A program made the position numbers and the translations under genes. From assembly GCA_014727915.1 (NCBI GenBank), contig WJMO01000005.1, positions 192,001 to 256,000 on the forward strand: a stretch of 64,000 nucleotides of DNA, given 5' to 3'. The DNA comes from Candidatus Altiarchaeales archaeon. GTDB taxonomy: Archaea > Altiarchaeota > Altiarchaeia > IMC4 > SCGC-AAA252-I15. Positions 28,336-38,256 of the stretch are shown here, in pieces. How positions within the stretch are numbered: the first letter of the stretch is position 1; the number at the start of each line of letters is the position of its first letter. The notes under the pieces were generated by a model that worked only from the letters and a program-made list of their open reading frames with translations, did not search any database and had not been told where the DNA came from.

Positions 28336-29214
28336 ATGATTTTCGGAAATATTTCCGTCTTGGACGGTCATCTGCTGTTGGCAGCTGAGATATTGGCCGT
28401 GCTACTGGCCACCCTGCTCACAGCCAAGTCCGTTAACAAATTATTGCAGAGGATATTCCGGAGGAAGTCCAGGCGGCTGAGGATCGACGAGACCCAGTTC
28501 GTCGTGCTAAGGCGGGTGACTGTCTTCACAATCTATCTCGTGGGCTGCCTGTACGCCCTGAGCCTGATACCCGGCTTCGCTTCCCTGGGCACCTCCCTCC
28601 TCGCGTCCGCTGGGATACTGGCGTTGATACTTGGATTCGCAGCCCAGCACGCCTTCTCCAACGTGATATCCGGCATATTCATCGCGATTTTCGAGCCCTT
28701 CAGGGTAGGGGACAAGATAAAGCTCGTCGACGAATACGGGACCGTGGAAGACATAACCTTGCGTCATACTATCATCAAGACCTGGCAGGAAAAACGCATT
28801 GTAGTGCCTAATTCCAAGATTAGCGAGGAGTCCATCGTAAACTACTCCCTCCGGGACCCAAGGATTCTGGGGACATTGGAGGTCGGGATAAGCTACGACT
28901 CCGACATCGACAAGGCCCGGAAGATAATGGTGGAGGAGGCTCTGAAGCACCCTGACATAATGCGCGGGGTCAAGGACGACGAAAACGCCTTCCTGCCCAG
29001 GGAAGAGATAGCGAAGGTAAGGCTGGTGGAACTGTCGGATTTCGCCCAGGTCATGCGACTCTATTATTGGGCGCCGGACAAGACCAAAGAGTATCAGATA
29101 AGGTTCGACCTGACCGAGGCCATAAAGAAGCGCTTCGACAGGGACGGGATCGAAGTGCCGTTCCCCTACCGGACGATAGTCTACAAGAAGGACATCGGAA
29201 AGCCGAAAAGATGA
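28336..29214 (+). CDS. mscS: Small-conductance mechanosensitive channel
   Basis: GFAAQ..SNVISG..I...PFRVGD, GTVEDITLRHT, VPNS, GIEVPFP. Confidence 0.92.
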   Translation: MIFGNISVLDGHLLLAAEILAVLLATLLTAKSVNKLLQRIFRRKSRRLRIDETQFVVLRRVTVFTIYLVGCLYALSLIPGFASLGTSLLASAGILALILGFAAQHAFSNVISGIFIAIFEPFRVGDKIKLVDEYGTVEDITLRHTIIKTWQEKRIVVPNSKISEESIVNYSLRDPRILGTLEVGISYDSDIDKARKIMVEEALKHPDIMRGVKDDENAFLPREEIAKVRLVELSDFAQVMRLYYWAPDKTKEYQIRFDLTEAIKKRFDRDGIEVPFPYRTIVYKKDIGKPKR

Positions 29215-29447
29215 TATCAAAGGAGAAGGTATTCTGGCTGCTGGCATCCCTCGCATCAGCTGCCTATATGCTTAACCCCGGCATGGGCGTCTTCGAATTA
29301 ATACCGGATAACCTGCCGGTGATAGGAAACTTCGACGAGATGTGGGCTGTCATAATACTGCTCAGGTCCCTGGTCGAGTTGAAGCTGGTCCCCGAGGACA
29401 AGATGAACCGGATACTCAACTTGAAAAAGAGCCTGTCAAAACCCTAG
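29211..29447 (+). CDS. DUF1232 (YkvA-like) membrane protein
   Basis: ELIPDNLPVIGNFDE motif; ATGA overlap with mscS. Confidence 0.85.
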   Translation: MISKEKVFWLLASLASAAYMLNPGMGVFELIPDNLPVIGNFDEMWAVIILLRSLVELKLVPEDKMNRILNLKKSLSKP

Positions 29448-29465
29448 CATTCTGCTATGATATGG

Positions 29466-29996
29466 TCAGCTGGCGGGTTTTATCTCTGCGCTGCACCTGT
29501 CCCACCGGGGCGGCTTCTCGTAGACGGCCTTGAACTCCCTTGTGACTCCGGGGCCTAGGTTGCTGACCTTCAACGTCTTCTCTCCGCCTTCCACCACCTT
29601 CTTGTCGTCCGTCATCAGGTATGTTACAATTGTGAAGGCGTTGCTGGCCCTGCCTGTGGGGTTGGTCACATAGCCTGCGACCATCGCGTTCCCGTAGTCG
29701 TCTTCCGCGCAGGCAGCGACCACAGCCTTGACCTGCTTCAGGTCGAACTTGACCGTTGTGGTCGTGGGCTGAGGCTCCAAAGTGGCGGTCGTATGTGTCG
29801 TGTCAGGCGCAGGCTGCGAAACGTCAGTCGATTCCACGGCTGTAGTCGAGGTTGTCCCCGCCTCGTCTGCTTCTCCTTCCTGCTGGACTGAAGCGGCAGT
29901 GCTATAACCGCTAATCCCATCTCCAGGACTGCATATGCAACCTGCCAAGAAGGCCACAGCCACTAGTGTTAGAAAATTATTTTTCATTGAATCCAT
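29466..29996 (-). CDS. Lipoprotein with Thr-rich linker and FxLYD-like Ig domain
   Basis: Lipobox FLAGC, Thr/Ser-rich stalk, VAGYVTN...NLGPG..REF. Confidence 0.7.
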   Translation of the reverse strand: MDSMKNNFLTLVAVAFLAGCICSPGDGISGYSTAASVQQEGEADEAGTTSTTAVESTDVSQPAPDTTHTTATLEPQPTTTTVKFDLKQVKAVVAACAEDDYGNAMVAGYVTNPTGRASNAFTIVTYLMTDDKKVVEGGEKTLKVSNLGPGVTREFKAVYEKPPRWDRCSAEIKPAS

Positions 29997-30040
29997 TATT
30001 GTAGTGGGTTTATTTATATCACTTGCATGTATTGTCTACT

Positions 30041-31666
30041 ATGGTTTTTGACGTGCTTACCAACTGGGAGCTGATATTCGCAATATTCCCTGGTCTGGTC
30101 CTATTCCTCTATGGGATAGAGCATTTCAGCGCTGAAATACAGCGCGTTGCTGGGGAGAGGTTCAGGGAGGCTCTTGGAAGGCTTACTAGCAATAGGCTAA
30201 AGGGTGCGTTTTTGGGATGTATCGTAACCGCACTGATACAATCCAGCACTGCCACGACTGTCATAGTTGTTGGTCTGGTCAACGCTGGAACCTTGTCTTT
30301 CGTCCAGAGCCTTGGGATAATCTTCGGCGCGAACGTTGGCACAACGATCACAGCTCAGCTGGTAGCCTTCAAACTAACATCGTTTGCTCCGATTTTCATA
30401 GTCTTGGGATTTCTACTTGGTTTGGTGGGTGGTAGGTATCAGTTCCTCGGAAAGCCCATCTTCTATTTTGGATTGGTGTTCTTCAGTTTGAACCTAATAT
30501 CTGACGGGATAATACCTTTGAAAAACGATCCCTCTGTCAACTCCCTTTTTGCCAGTCTCTCAAGCATACCTATTGCTATTATCGTGGGTTTCGTTTTCAC
30601 CACGCTAGTGCAGTCGAGCTCTGTCACCTCTGGGATAATCGTAGTTTTGTCCGAGGCTGGGTTGATAGGTTTGGATCAGGGCATACCCCTGCTGCTGGGT
30701 GCGGCGATTGGCACGACCACGACAGCACTGATTGCCTCCTCCAAGATGAGTTTGCATGCCAAAAGAGCTGCATATGCGAATCTGCTCTTCAATGTGGTTG
30801 GGGTGATATTATTACTTCCCTTCCTTGTTCCATTCACCTCCTTCATCGCCGGCTTTGGGGGTTCTCCAGGCCAGCAGATAGCGAACGCCCTTACAGTTTT
30901 CAGGTCAATATTTGCTGTGTTTTTCCTCTTCGTTCTCAAACCCTTCAAGAACCTGGTCGAGAAAATCGTCCCGGGAGAAGAGGAGGAGATACTTTTCCAA
31001 ACCAGATACCTACCTGACCGTCTTCCAGATGACAATGGTGAAGCATTCAAACTTGTTGAGAAGGAGCTGGGTTATCTGCTTGAGATAGTTGATAAACTTT
31101 ATGATGACTCAATACTAATGCTCAAATCCCAGAAGATAACGGGATTCCAGAGAATTGTGAAGATGGAGGCGTTGGCAGACTTTCTTGACGAAAAGATCGA
31201 GAAGAAGATTCTTGAGATATCACACAGGAAACTCGGAACTGAGGATGCCAGGCATATGATTCTGCTAGTCAGGATTTCAAACGCTTTAGAGCAGCTAGGT
31301 GACAAGGGCAAAGACATAAGCTCCACCATAAAGAACATGTGGGATTCAGGCACCTACCTGTCATCTGAATCAAGGGATGAGTTGGGCACTGTATATGACA
31401 GATTCAACGATAACATCGCAGTTCTCAGAAGAACATTCCCTAGTATATCCAAAAGTGAATCTGATTCCATGGTCAAGAACGACGAAGGTCTGATGGAGCT
31501 TATCAACACCTACTATGAGTCCCATCTCAAACGGCTTGCTGATAAAACCGACGATAGCATGTTCGTCGAGATACTTTCGCTAATAGAGGCTGCTAACTCT
31601 AAAACACGTGACATACGCAAATTATCCGAGGCTTATGGCGGGTCTGTGACGAGTAAAACGCATTAA
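30041..31666 (+). CDS. Na+/Pi cotransporter family protein with PhoU-like C-terminus
   Basis: Two QSS repeats (IQSSTAT, VQSSSVT), GANVGTTITA, C-terminal LEQLGD. Confidence 0.9.
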   Translation: MVFDVLTNWELIFAIFPGLVLFLYGIEHFSAEIQRVAGERFREALGRLTSNRLKGAFLGCIVTALIQSSTATTVIVVGLVNAGTLSFVQSLGIIFGANVGTTITAQLVAFKLTSFAPIFIVLGFLLGLVGGRYQFLGKPIFYFGLVFFSLNLISDGIIPLKNDPSVNSLFASLSSIPIAIIVGFVFTTLVQSSSVTSGIIVVLSEAGLIGLDQGIPLLLGAAIGTTTTALIASSKMSLHAKRAAYANLLFNVVGVILLLPFLVPFTSFIAGFGGSPGQQIANALTVFRSIFAVFFLFVLKPFKNLVEKIVPGEEEEILFQTRYLPDRLPDDNGEAFKLVEKELGYLLEIVDKLYDDSILMLKSQKITGFQRIVKMEALADFLDEKIEKKILEISHRKLGTEDARHMILLVRISNALEQLGDKGKDISSTIKNMWDSGTYLSSESRDELGTVYDRFNDNIAVLRRTFPSISKSESDSMVKNDEGLMELINTYYESHLKRLADKTDDSMFVEILSLIEAANSKTRDIRKLSEAYGGSVTSKTH

Positions 31667-31712
31667 TCAAGTTTTATATACGTATTTCAAATCTGCTTAT
31701 TGAGGGTATTGT

Positions 31713-32243
31713 ATGTATCTGCTAGGTGAATTGACCGGAATGAAGGTATTTGATGGTGCTGGGGTCGATATAGGGTTGGTGGACGGCCTTAATTTTGTAT
31801 ATCCAGAATATCGTGTCTTGGACGTCTATTTCAGGGTGGTCGGGGAGAAAATGTCCGAGATACGTAATAGGCGCCTTGAATTCATACCCCTCGGGGAGGT
31901 GGATCTGATAGACGAAAACGTACGCCTCTACAAGGACATTGATTCTCTCAACCCTGTCATAAAAAATATAGACCTTGAATATGTTCACATGGTATTCCGC
32001 GCCAGGGAACTGGTGGGGGAGGATGTAATAAGCTTTGATGGTATTAACCTTGGCGAGATAGTTGACGTGGGTATCGGAAAAAGAGATAGAAAACCCTCCC
32101 TGATAGTCAAAGGCCCGAGGATATCTGCCATCAGGGGGCGAGATACGGAGGCTATACCCTTTGAGGAGGTTATTGAGATCGGTGATGAAGTTCACATAAA
32201 CTTACAGTATGACATGCTAGCAAAATCAGTGAAAGAGAGGTAA
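31713..32243 (+). CDS. Tandem PRC-barrel domain protein
   Basis: ELTGMKVFD..G..IG.V and ELVGEDVIS..G..LGEI.D repeats, IP..EV..I. Confidence 0.8.
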   Translation: MYLLGELTGMKVFDGAGVDIGLVDGLNFVYPEYRVLDVYFRVVGEKMSEIRNRRLEFIPLGEVDLIDENVRLYKDIDSLNPVIKNIDLEYVHMVFRARELVGEDVISFDGINLGEIVDVGIGKRDRKPSLIVKGPRISAIRGRDTEAIPFEEVIEIGDEVHINLQYDMLAKSVKER

Positions 32244-32268
32244 TGATTTATCTTTTTAGGTGTTTACT

Positions 32269-32529
32269 ATGGTGGATTGTGAGAGTTGTGGGATGCCCAT
32301 GGAGAAGCTGGGGGATTTCGGCGGCGGCAAGATGGAAAACCGTTTTTGCGTGCACTGCTGCGACGGTGAAGGGAATTTGAAGAGCAGAGAGGAGGTAAGG
32401 AGCGGCATGGCCCGTTTCATGATGTCTCCCGAAGGTGAGACGATGCTCGGCCGAAAGATAGAATCCATCGAAGAAGCCGAGAAGCTTGCCGAAGCCCACA
32501 TGAGCAACATGCCAGCCTGGAAAGACTGA
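32269..32529 (+). CDS. Putative zinc-ribbon domain protein
   Basis: CESCGMPM...FCVHC...W motif. Confidence 0.8.
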   Translation: MVDCESCGMPMEKLGDFGGGKMENRFCVHCCDGEGNLKSREEVRSGMARFMMSPEGETMLGRKIESIEEAEKLAEAHMSNMPAWKD

Positions 32530-32557
32530 ACCTCCCAAACTATTACTATATTTTTTT

Positions 32558-32592
32558 AAATAATATATAAAAAAACACAAATAATATATAAA
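32558..32592. promoter_or_regulatory. Direct repeat AAATAATATATAAA x2 upstream of the trp operon
   Basis: Identical 14-mers at 32558-32571 and 32579-32592 (21-bp period) in the AT-rich promoter region. Confidence 0.4.
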
Positions 32593-32649
32593 TTGTACTT
32601 ATATGTCTATTTTTGAATTTTTATAGTCGTTTTCCTTATATTTTGGGTA

Positions 32650-34038
32650 ATGGATGTTAGTCAGACTTTCATGAAGGCGGGGGAGTTGGACCCTGAGGTG
32701 GTTTACTTGAGCCTTAGGGGGGAGAACACCTATCTTTTGGAGAGTATCGAGGGCAGTGAGAAGATGGCCCGCTACAGTTTCATCGGGTTCAACCCTGCGG
32801 CGAAGATAACGGTCAAGGACGGGCACGTGGACTTCAAGGCGTTCAACGGGGACTTCACCGGCAGGCCCGTCGGGGATGACCCGTTGACTGCGATTAAGAG
32901 CCTGGTGGAAGATCACTCCCAGCGGGGACCGTCCCTCGCACGGTTCGGCGGCGGGTTCGTCGGATACCTCGGCTACGATGCCATAAGATACTACGTTGAA
33001 TTGGAAGACAGCCCCGACGTGTTGAACCAGCCGGACGCGGAGTTCTTCCTAACCAGGAACAACATCATATTCGACCACGTGAAGAAAGAGACCTACTTCG
33101 TGGAGAACCATTTCATGCCAAGCCATGAGATCGACGTGGAAGAGTCGCTGCGTGAACTGGAGTCCATTGCATTCGCGATAAGTGAGGCCGACTTGGACGA
33201 GAACGTCAGCAGCAACGGGTTCGAGAGCAACACGACAAAGCACGAGTACGAGGAATCCGTGCGGGCGGTGAAAAAATACGTCTACGACGGGGACATATTC
33301 CAGGCTGTCATATCCCAGCGGCTCATGACAGACTATGCCGGCGACAAGTTCAACGCATACCTCAGATTGAAGGACATCAATCCCAGCCCGTACATGTACT
33401 ACCTGGACTTCGGCGACCGGAAGATTGTGGGCAGCTCCCCTGAGACGCTCGCCCGCGTGGAAGGCCATGTTGTATCCACTTATCCGATAGCCGGGACCAG
33501 GCGGAGGGGCAGGACCGGAGAAGACGACAGGCACATGGAGGAGGACATGTTGGCCGACCCCAAGGAGCGGGCCGAGCATGTGATGCTCGTCGACCTAGGC
33601 CGGAACGACGTGGGTAAAGTATCAGAGTATGGCTCTGTTAACGTGACCAAGTTCATGGAAGTGGAACGGTACAGCCATGTGATGCACATGTCGTCTGAGG
33701 TGACCGGTAAGCTGAGACTGGACCTGTCCGAGTATGATGCGTTGCAGAGCATCTTCCCGGCGGGCACGGTGTCGGGGGCGCCGAAGGTGCGGGCCATGGA
33801 GATAATCAACGAGCTTGAACCCGACCGGCGGGGCGTCTACGCCGGCTGTGTGGGCTATTTCAGCTTCAACCGCACGTTGGACACGGCCATCGCCATACGC
33901 ACGGTCATCTTTGAAAAGGACAGGGCGTATGTTCAGGCTGGGGCTGGTATTGTGGCGGACAGCCAGCCGGAGCTCGAATACAAGGAGACGATGAACAAGG
34001 GCAGGGCGTTGTTGAAGGCTTTGGGGGTGGAAGGTTGA
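32650..34038 (+). CDS. trpE: Anthranilate synthase component I
   Basis: LLESIEG, NPSPYMY, PIAGTRRRG, KERAEHVMLVDLGRND, FPAGTVSGAPK. Confidence 0.96.
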   Translation: MDVSQTFMKAGELDPEVVYLSLRGENTYLLESIEGSEKMARYSFIGFNPAAKITVKDGHVDFKAFNGDFTGRPVGDDPLTAIKSLVEDHSQRGPSLARFGGGFVGYLGYDAIRYYVELEDSPDVLNQPDAEFFLTRNNIIFDHVKKETYFVENHFMPSHEIDVEESLRELESIAFAISEADLDENVSSNGFESNTTKHEYEESVRAVKKYVYDGDIFQAVISQRLMTDYAGDKFNAYLRLKDINPSPYMYYLDFGDRKIVGSSPETLARVEGHVVSTYPIAGTRRRGRTGEDDRHMEEDMLADPKERAEHVMLVDLGRNDVGKVSEYGSVNVTKFMEVERYSHVMHMSSEVTGKLRLDLSEYDALQSIFPAGTVSGAPKVRAMEIINELEPDRRGVYAGCVGYFSFNRTLDTAIAIRTVIFEKDRAYVQAGAGIVADSQPELEYKETMNKGRALLKALGVEG

Positions 34039-34160
34039 CTTTGTTTGATTCTTGTGAAGTGCGTGCCGTCGAAGACGGCACTCGCTGCGCGTGTGCACGG
34101 AGCGAGCCGTGCATGAACAAGGGCAGGGCGTTGTTGAAGGCTTTGGGGGTGGAAGGTTGA
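33991..34160 (+). repeat. Perfect 48-bp direct repeat (33991-34038, 34113-34160) enclosing a 74-bp double-hairpin spacer
   Basis: Both copies read ATGAACAAGGGCAGGGCGTTGTTGAAGGCTTTGGGGGTGGAAGGTTGA. Confidence 0.95.
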
Positions 34161-34735
34161 GGACGTTGGTTGTTGATAACATCGACTCGTTCGTGTATAT
34201 TCTATTCCAGTATGTGGGGGAGTTGGGAGGGGATCCTCTGGTGGTGGATAATCGCACTGGTAGGGAGGAGGTTGACAGGCTCATGTCCGAGGAGGATATC
34301 GGGCGTATCATCATCAGTCCGGGGCCCAAGAGGCCGGAGGACGCTGGAATATCCAATTATGTGATCACAAAATACGGGGTTGAAGTTCCTCTGCTTGGTG
34401 TGTGCCTGGGCCACCAGTGCATCGGCCACTGCTTCGGGGCGGAGGTCAGGAACGCGAAGACGCTGATGCACGGGAAGACCAGCAGGATAGAGCATGACGG
34501 GTCTGGGGTCCTGGTGGGGATGCCAAACCCATTCGAGGCCACACGATACCATTCCCTCGTCGTCGACAACCTGCCTGAAGAGCTCATAAAGACCGCGGCC
34601 AGCTTGGATGACGGGGAGGTGATGGCGTTGAAGCACAGGGACTACCCAATCTATGGGGTGCAGTTCCACCCCGAGTCGATACTCACAAGCGACGGTAAAA
34701 GGATCATTGAGAACTTCCTGGGTGATGGTTTATGA
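34157..34735 (+). CDS. trpG: Anthranilate synthase component II
   Basis: TTG start; VVDNIDSF, ISPGP, LGVCLGHQ, RYHSL, GVQFHPES. Confidence 0.95.
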   Translation: MRTLVVDNIDSFVYILFQYVGELGGDPLVVDNRTGREEVDRLMSEEDIGRIIISPGPKRPEDAGISNYVITKYGVEVPLLGVCLGHQCIGHCFGAEVRNAKTLMHGKTSRIEHDGSGVLVGMPNPFEATRYHSLVVDNLPEELIKTAASLDDGEVMALKHRDYPIYGVQFHPESILTSDGKRIIENFLGDGL

Positions 34736-35739
34736 AGGAGTTGATAAGCAAACTGAGGGATAAGCGGGACTTGACCGCCGACGAGGCCGGGTCCGCGATG
34801 AAGAAGATGATGTGCGGGGACGCGTCTGAGGATGAGATGCGCGAGTTCCTCCTGGCCTTGAAGGAGAAGGGGGAGTCCCCGGTTGAGATAGCCTCGCTGG
34901 CCAAGGTGATGCGCGAGTACTCGACGAAAGTTTCTCCTGAAGTCGGGGGAACTTTGGTTGACATGTGCGGTACCGGAGGGGACGGCAGCCACACCTTCAA
35001 CATATCGACTGCTGCAATGTTCGTGGTTGCCGGCGACGGTGTGCCGGTGGCCAAGCACGGGAACCGGAGCATCACCTCCAAGAGCGGGAGCGCCGACGTC
35101 CTGGAAGCGTTGGGCGCCAACATACAACTGCCGCCCGAAAGAATAAAGTCATCAATCGAGGAGGTGGGTGTGGGGTTCATGTTCGCCCCCGCCCACCATC
35201 CTGCGATGAAGCATGTGATGCCCGTACGGAAGAAGCTTGGCGTGCGGACGGTTTTCAACATACTGGGTCCGTTGACGAACCCTGCCAACGCGGACGCCCA
35301 GCTGATGGGCGTGTTCGACCCTGAGCTCACGGAGACGCTGGCTGAAGTCTTCAAAATCCTCGGTTTGAAGAGGGCGCTGGTCGTCCACGGCGAGCCCGGA
35401 TTGGACGAGCTCTCCACCTTCGGCAAGTCCAGGGTCAGCGAGCTAAAAGACAGGAAGGTCAGGACCTACGAGGTCGACCCGTCAGAGTATGGCTTTAGCG
35501 GCTCACAGCTGTCTGTGGGGTGCACTGCGGAGGAGAACGCCCGGCTGATACGCGGGATACTAGAGGGGAAGGTCGAGGGTGGTGACAGGGACATAGTATT
35601 GCTGAACGCGGCAGGAGGTCTCATGGTCGCTGGGGTGGCCGACGATCTCAAGGAGGGGCTGAAGATGGCGTCGTCGACGGTCGACTCGGGCAGGGCATCA
35701 AATAAATTGGTGGAGTTCATAGAGTATACGAACAGGTGA
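34732..35739 (+). CDS. trpD: Anthranilate phosphoribosyltransferase
   Basis: DMCGTGGDG..TFNIST, AKHGNRS..SKSGSAD, RTVFNILGPLTNP. Confidence 0.96.
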   Translation: MKELISKLRDKRDLTADEAGSAMKKMMCGDASEDEMREFLLALKEKGESPVEIASLAKVMREYSTKVSPEVGGTLVDMCGTGGDGSHTFNISTAAMFVVAGDGVPVAKHGNRSITSKSGSADVLEALGANIQLPPERIKSSIEEVGVGFMFAPAHHPAMKHVMPVRKKLGVRTVFNILGPLTNPANADAQLMGVFDPELTETLAEVFKILGLKRALVVHGEPGLDELSTFGKSRVSELKDRKVRTYEVDPSEYGFSGSQLSVGCTAEENARLIRGILEGKVEGGDRDIVLLNAAGGLMVAGVADDLKEGLKMASSTVDSGRASNKLVEFIEYTNR

Positions 35740-36455
35740 AGATGTCATTCTTGGACGATATAGTCGGGGAGAAGAGGGTCGAGCTGGAGCGTAAGAGGCG
35801 CAGCCTCGTTGATGCGGTAGCGAAAAGGGGGGTTTCGGTTATTGCGGAGGTGAAGCGTCGAAGCCCTTCAGATGGGGAGTTGAACCTCGTGGACTCCGTT
35901 GGTACAGCGGTTACCTACGAGAGCAGCGGAGCATCTGCAATATCAGTCCTGACCGATGAGAAGCACTTCGGCGGAACCTTGAACGACTTGAAGGCCGTCA
36001 AGGCCGCGGTTGACATACCTGTGCTGCGCAAGGACTTCATCGTGGACGAGCTACAACTGTATGAGTCCCTTGTCTACCGGGCTGACGCAGTGCTTTTGAT
36101 CGCCGCAATATTGAAGGAGGAGACGCCAGTGTTCGTTGAAAAGGCGCGGTTGCTCGGTTTGGACTGCCTGGTAGAGGTCCACGACGAAGATGACCTAAAG
36201 TATGCGCTCTCTTCCAAGGCCAAGCTTATCGGGGTGAACAACAGGAACCTGGAGACGTTCGAGGTTGACCTGGCTGTCACTGAGAACCTCGCGCCCATGA
36301 TCCCCAAGGACCGTCTGATAGTCGCGGAGAGTGGAGTCCACACACGGGAGGATGTCCTGCGTATGAAGGAGGCTGGCGCGGACGCTATCCTGGTCGGCAC
36401 GTCGCTGATGAGGTCGGGGGACCTGGAGTCGAAGATGAGGGAGCTGCTGCAATGA
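35736..36455 (+). CDS. trpC: Indole-3-glycerol phosphate synthase
   Basis: IAEVKRRSPS, SVLTD, PVLRKDF, GVNNRNL, AESG. Confidence 0.95.
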   Translation: MKMSFLDDIVGEKRVELERKRRSLVDAVAKRGVSVIAEVKRRSPSDGELNLVDSVGTAVTYESSGASAISVLTDEKHFGGTLNDLKAVKAAVDIPVLRKDFIVDELQLYESLVYRADAVLLIAAILKEETPVFVEKARLLGLDCLVEVHDEDDLKYALSSKAKLIGVNNRNLETFEVDLAVTENLAPMIPKDRLIVAESGVHTREDVLRMKEAGADAILVGTSLMRSGDLESKMRELLQ

Positions 36456-37093
36456 AGGTCAAAGTGTGCGGAGTCACCAACGCGGAGGATGCGCGGATGG
36501 TGTTGGAAGAGGGAGCGGACGCGTTGGGCGTGATAGTGGACGTTCCAGTGGGGACTCCCCGTAAGATAACCTTGGAAACAGCGGTCGATATACGGGATTC
36601 AATAAGTGGCATGAATCATACGCTGATCGCCGTGCTGATGCCAGAGTCCGCTGATGAGGTCGTGAACGTGGTTGAACGATTGGCTCCTGAGGGAATACAA
36701 TTGCATGGCATGGAGTCTCCGGAACTCGTCGCAGATATCCGCGGGAAGGTGGGGTGCACATTAATCAAGGCAATACACGTGGATGAATCCATTGACCTGG
36801 AATATGTAAAACGGGTTTCGGAACATGCTGATGTCATCCTATTGGATACCAAGGTGGGTGACGCAGTCGGCGGCACAGGTGAACAGCACGATTACTCCAT
36901 AGACAATCAGGTCAAGCGGATAACGGGCAATCCCATCATGCTATCCGGCGGATTGAACGCCGAGAACGTTGTGGCAGCGGTCGAACGGGTCAAACCATAC
37001 GCTGTTGACGTCTCCAGCGGCGTGGAGTCGGAGCCGGGCCGCAAAGACCCGGTTAAGGTTCGTAAATTCATAGAGGTGACGGCATGCCTGTAG
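36452..37093 (+). CDS. trpF: Phosphoribosylanthranilate isomerase
   Basis: [33 protein letters not shown]. Confidence 0.95.
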   Translation: MKVKVCGVTNAEDARMVLEEGADALGVIVDVPVGTPRKITLETAVDIRDSISGMNHTLIAVLMPESADEVVNVVERLAPEGIQLHGMESPELVADIRGKVGCTLIKAIHVDESIDLEYVKRVSEHADVILLDTKVGDAVGGTGEQHDYSIDNQVKRITGNPIMLSGGLNAENVVAAVERVKPYAVDVSSGVESEPGRKDPVKVRKFIEVTACL

Positions 37094-38256
37094 GCAAATT
37101 CGGACAGTATGGGGGCCAGTTCGTTCCCGAGACTCTTATGCCTGCATTGGAGGAGCTGGAGAAAGCCTACAAAAAGCACATGAAAGACAAAGGCTTCAAA
37201 AATGATTTGGCTCATCTGCTATCGGATTTCGCCGGCAGGCCCACGCCACTATACCTGGCCGGGAACCTTTCAGACGAGTATGGTGTCAGGATATATCTGA
37301 AGAGGGAGGACCTGGTCCACGGCGGCGCCCACAAGCTCAACAACACCCTCGGCCAGGTGCTTTTGGCCCAGAGGATGGGAAAGCCCCGCGTAATCGCGGA
37401 GACGGGCGCGGGACAGCATGGGGTGGCGACCGCAATATCATGCGCTGCCCTGGGCCTCGACTGCGAGGTCCACATGGGCACGGAGGACATGGAACGGCAG
37501 AAGCTCAACGTGTTCCGTATGGGGCTGTTGGGTGCTAGGGTGATCCCCGCGACGTCAGGCTCCTGCACTTTGAAGGACGCGACCAACGAGGCATTGCGTG
37601 ATTGGTTGGCCAACGTGGAAGAAACCTACTACTGCATCGGCAGCGTAGTCGGACCCCATCCCTACCCCACGATTGTCAGGGACTTCCAGAGGGTGATCGG
37701 ACGGGAGACGCGCAGGCAGGTATTGAAGCTGGAAGGCAGGCTTCCTGACGCGATAGTTGCATGCGTTGGCGGAGGCTCGAACGCATTGGGCTCTTTCACC
37801 GACTTCATAAAAGACGGGGGTGTCCGGTTGGTTGGTGTCGAGGCCGGCGGCAAGGGAGTCAACACAAGAGACCATGGCGCAACATTGGGCAAAGGCTCTG
37901 ATGGTGTGTTCCATGGCATGCATACCAAGCTACTGCAGGATAGATACGGTCAGATACAGACGTCTTACAGCATATCAGCCGGCTTGGACTATCCCGGTGT
38001 CGGCCCTCAGCTTTCGGATCTCGCGGCTTCCGGCAGGCTTGAAACCGCACATGCGACGGACAGGCAGGCGATAGAGGCGGTGAAGGTCTTGTGCGAGAAG
38101 GAGGGTATTCTGCCTGCTTTGGAGAGCGCCCATGCAGTCTCCCATGCTCTGAAGATGGCAGGGGAGATGAAGGAAGGCGTTATAGTTATAACCGTCTCCG
38201 GGAGGGGGGACAAGGACGTCCACACCATAGCAGATGCCCTGGGGGTGGAATTATGA
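37084..38256 (+). CDS. trpB: Tryptophan synthase beta chain (TrpB1)
   Basis: [42 protein letters not shown]. Confidence 0.96.
   Translation: MPVGKFGQYGGQFVPETLMPALEELEKAYKKHMKDKGFKNDLAHLLSDFAGRPTPLYLAGNLSDEYGVRIYLKREDLVHGGAHKLNNTLGQVLLAQRMGKPRVIAETGAGQHGVATAISCAALGLDCEVHMGTEDMERQKLNVFRMGLLGARVIPATSGSCTLKDATNEALRDWLANVEETYYCIGSVVGPHPYPTIVRDFQRVIGRETRRQVLKLEGRLPDAIVACVGGGSNALGSFTDFIKDGGVRLVGVEAGGKGVNTRDHGATLGKGSDGVFHGMHTKLLQDRYGQIQTSYSISAGLDYPGVGPQLSDLAASGRLETAHATDRQAIEAVKVLCEKEGILPALESAHAVSHALKMAGEMKEGVIVITVSGRGDKDVHTIADALGVEL

Noticed and set aside
34091-34156. N-terminal extension of TrpG (MCTERAVHEQGQG...)
   Set aside because: Arises from the duplicated trpE end and spacer; TrpG homology begins at TTG 34157
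33991-34160. CRISPR mini-array
   Set aside because: Only two 48-bp repeats, derived from trpE coding sequence, with a 74-bp palindromic spacer and no cas genes
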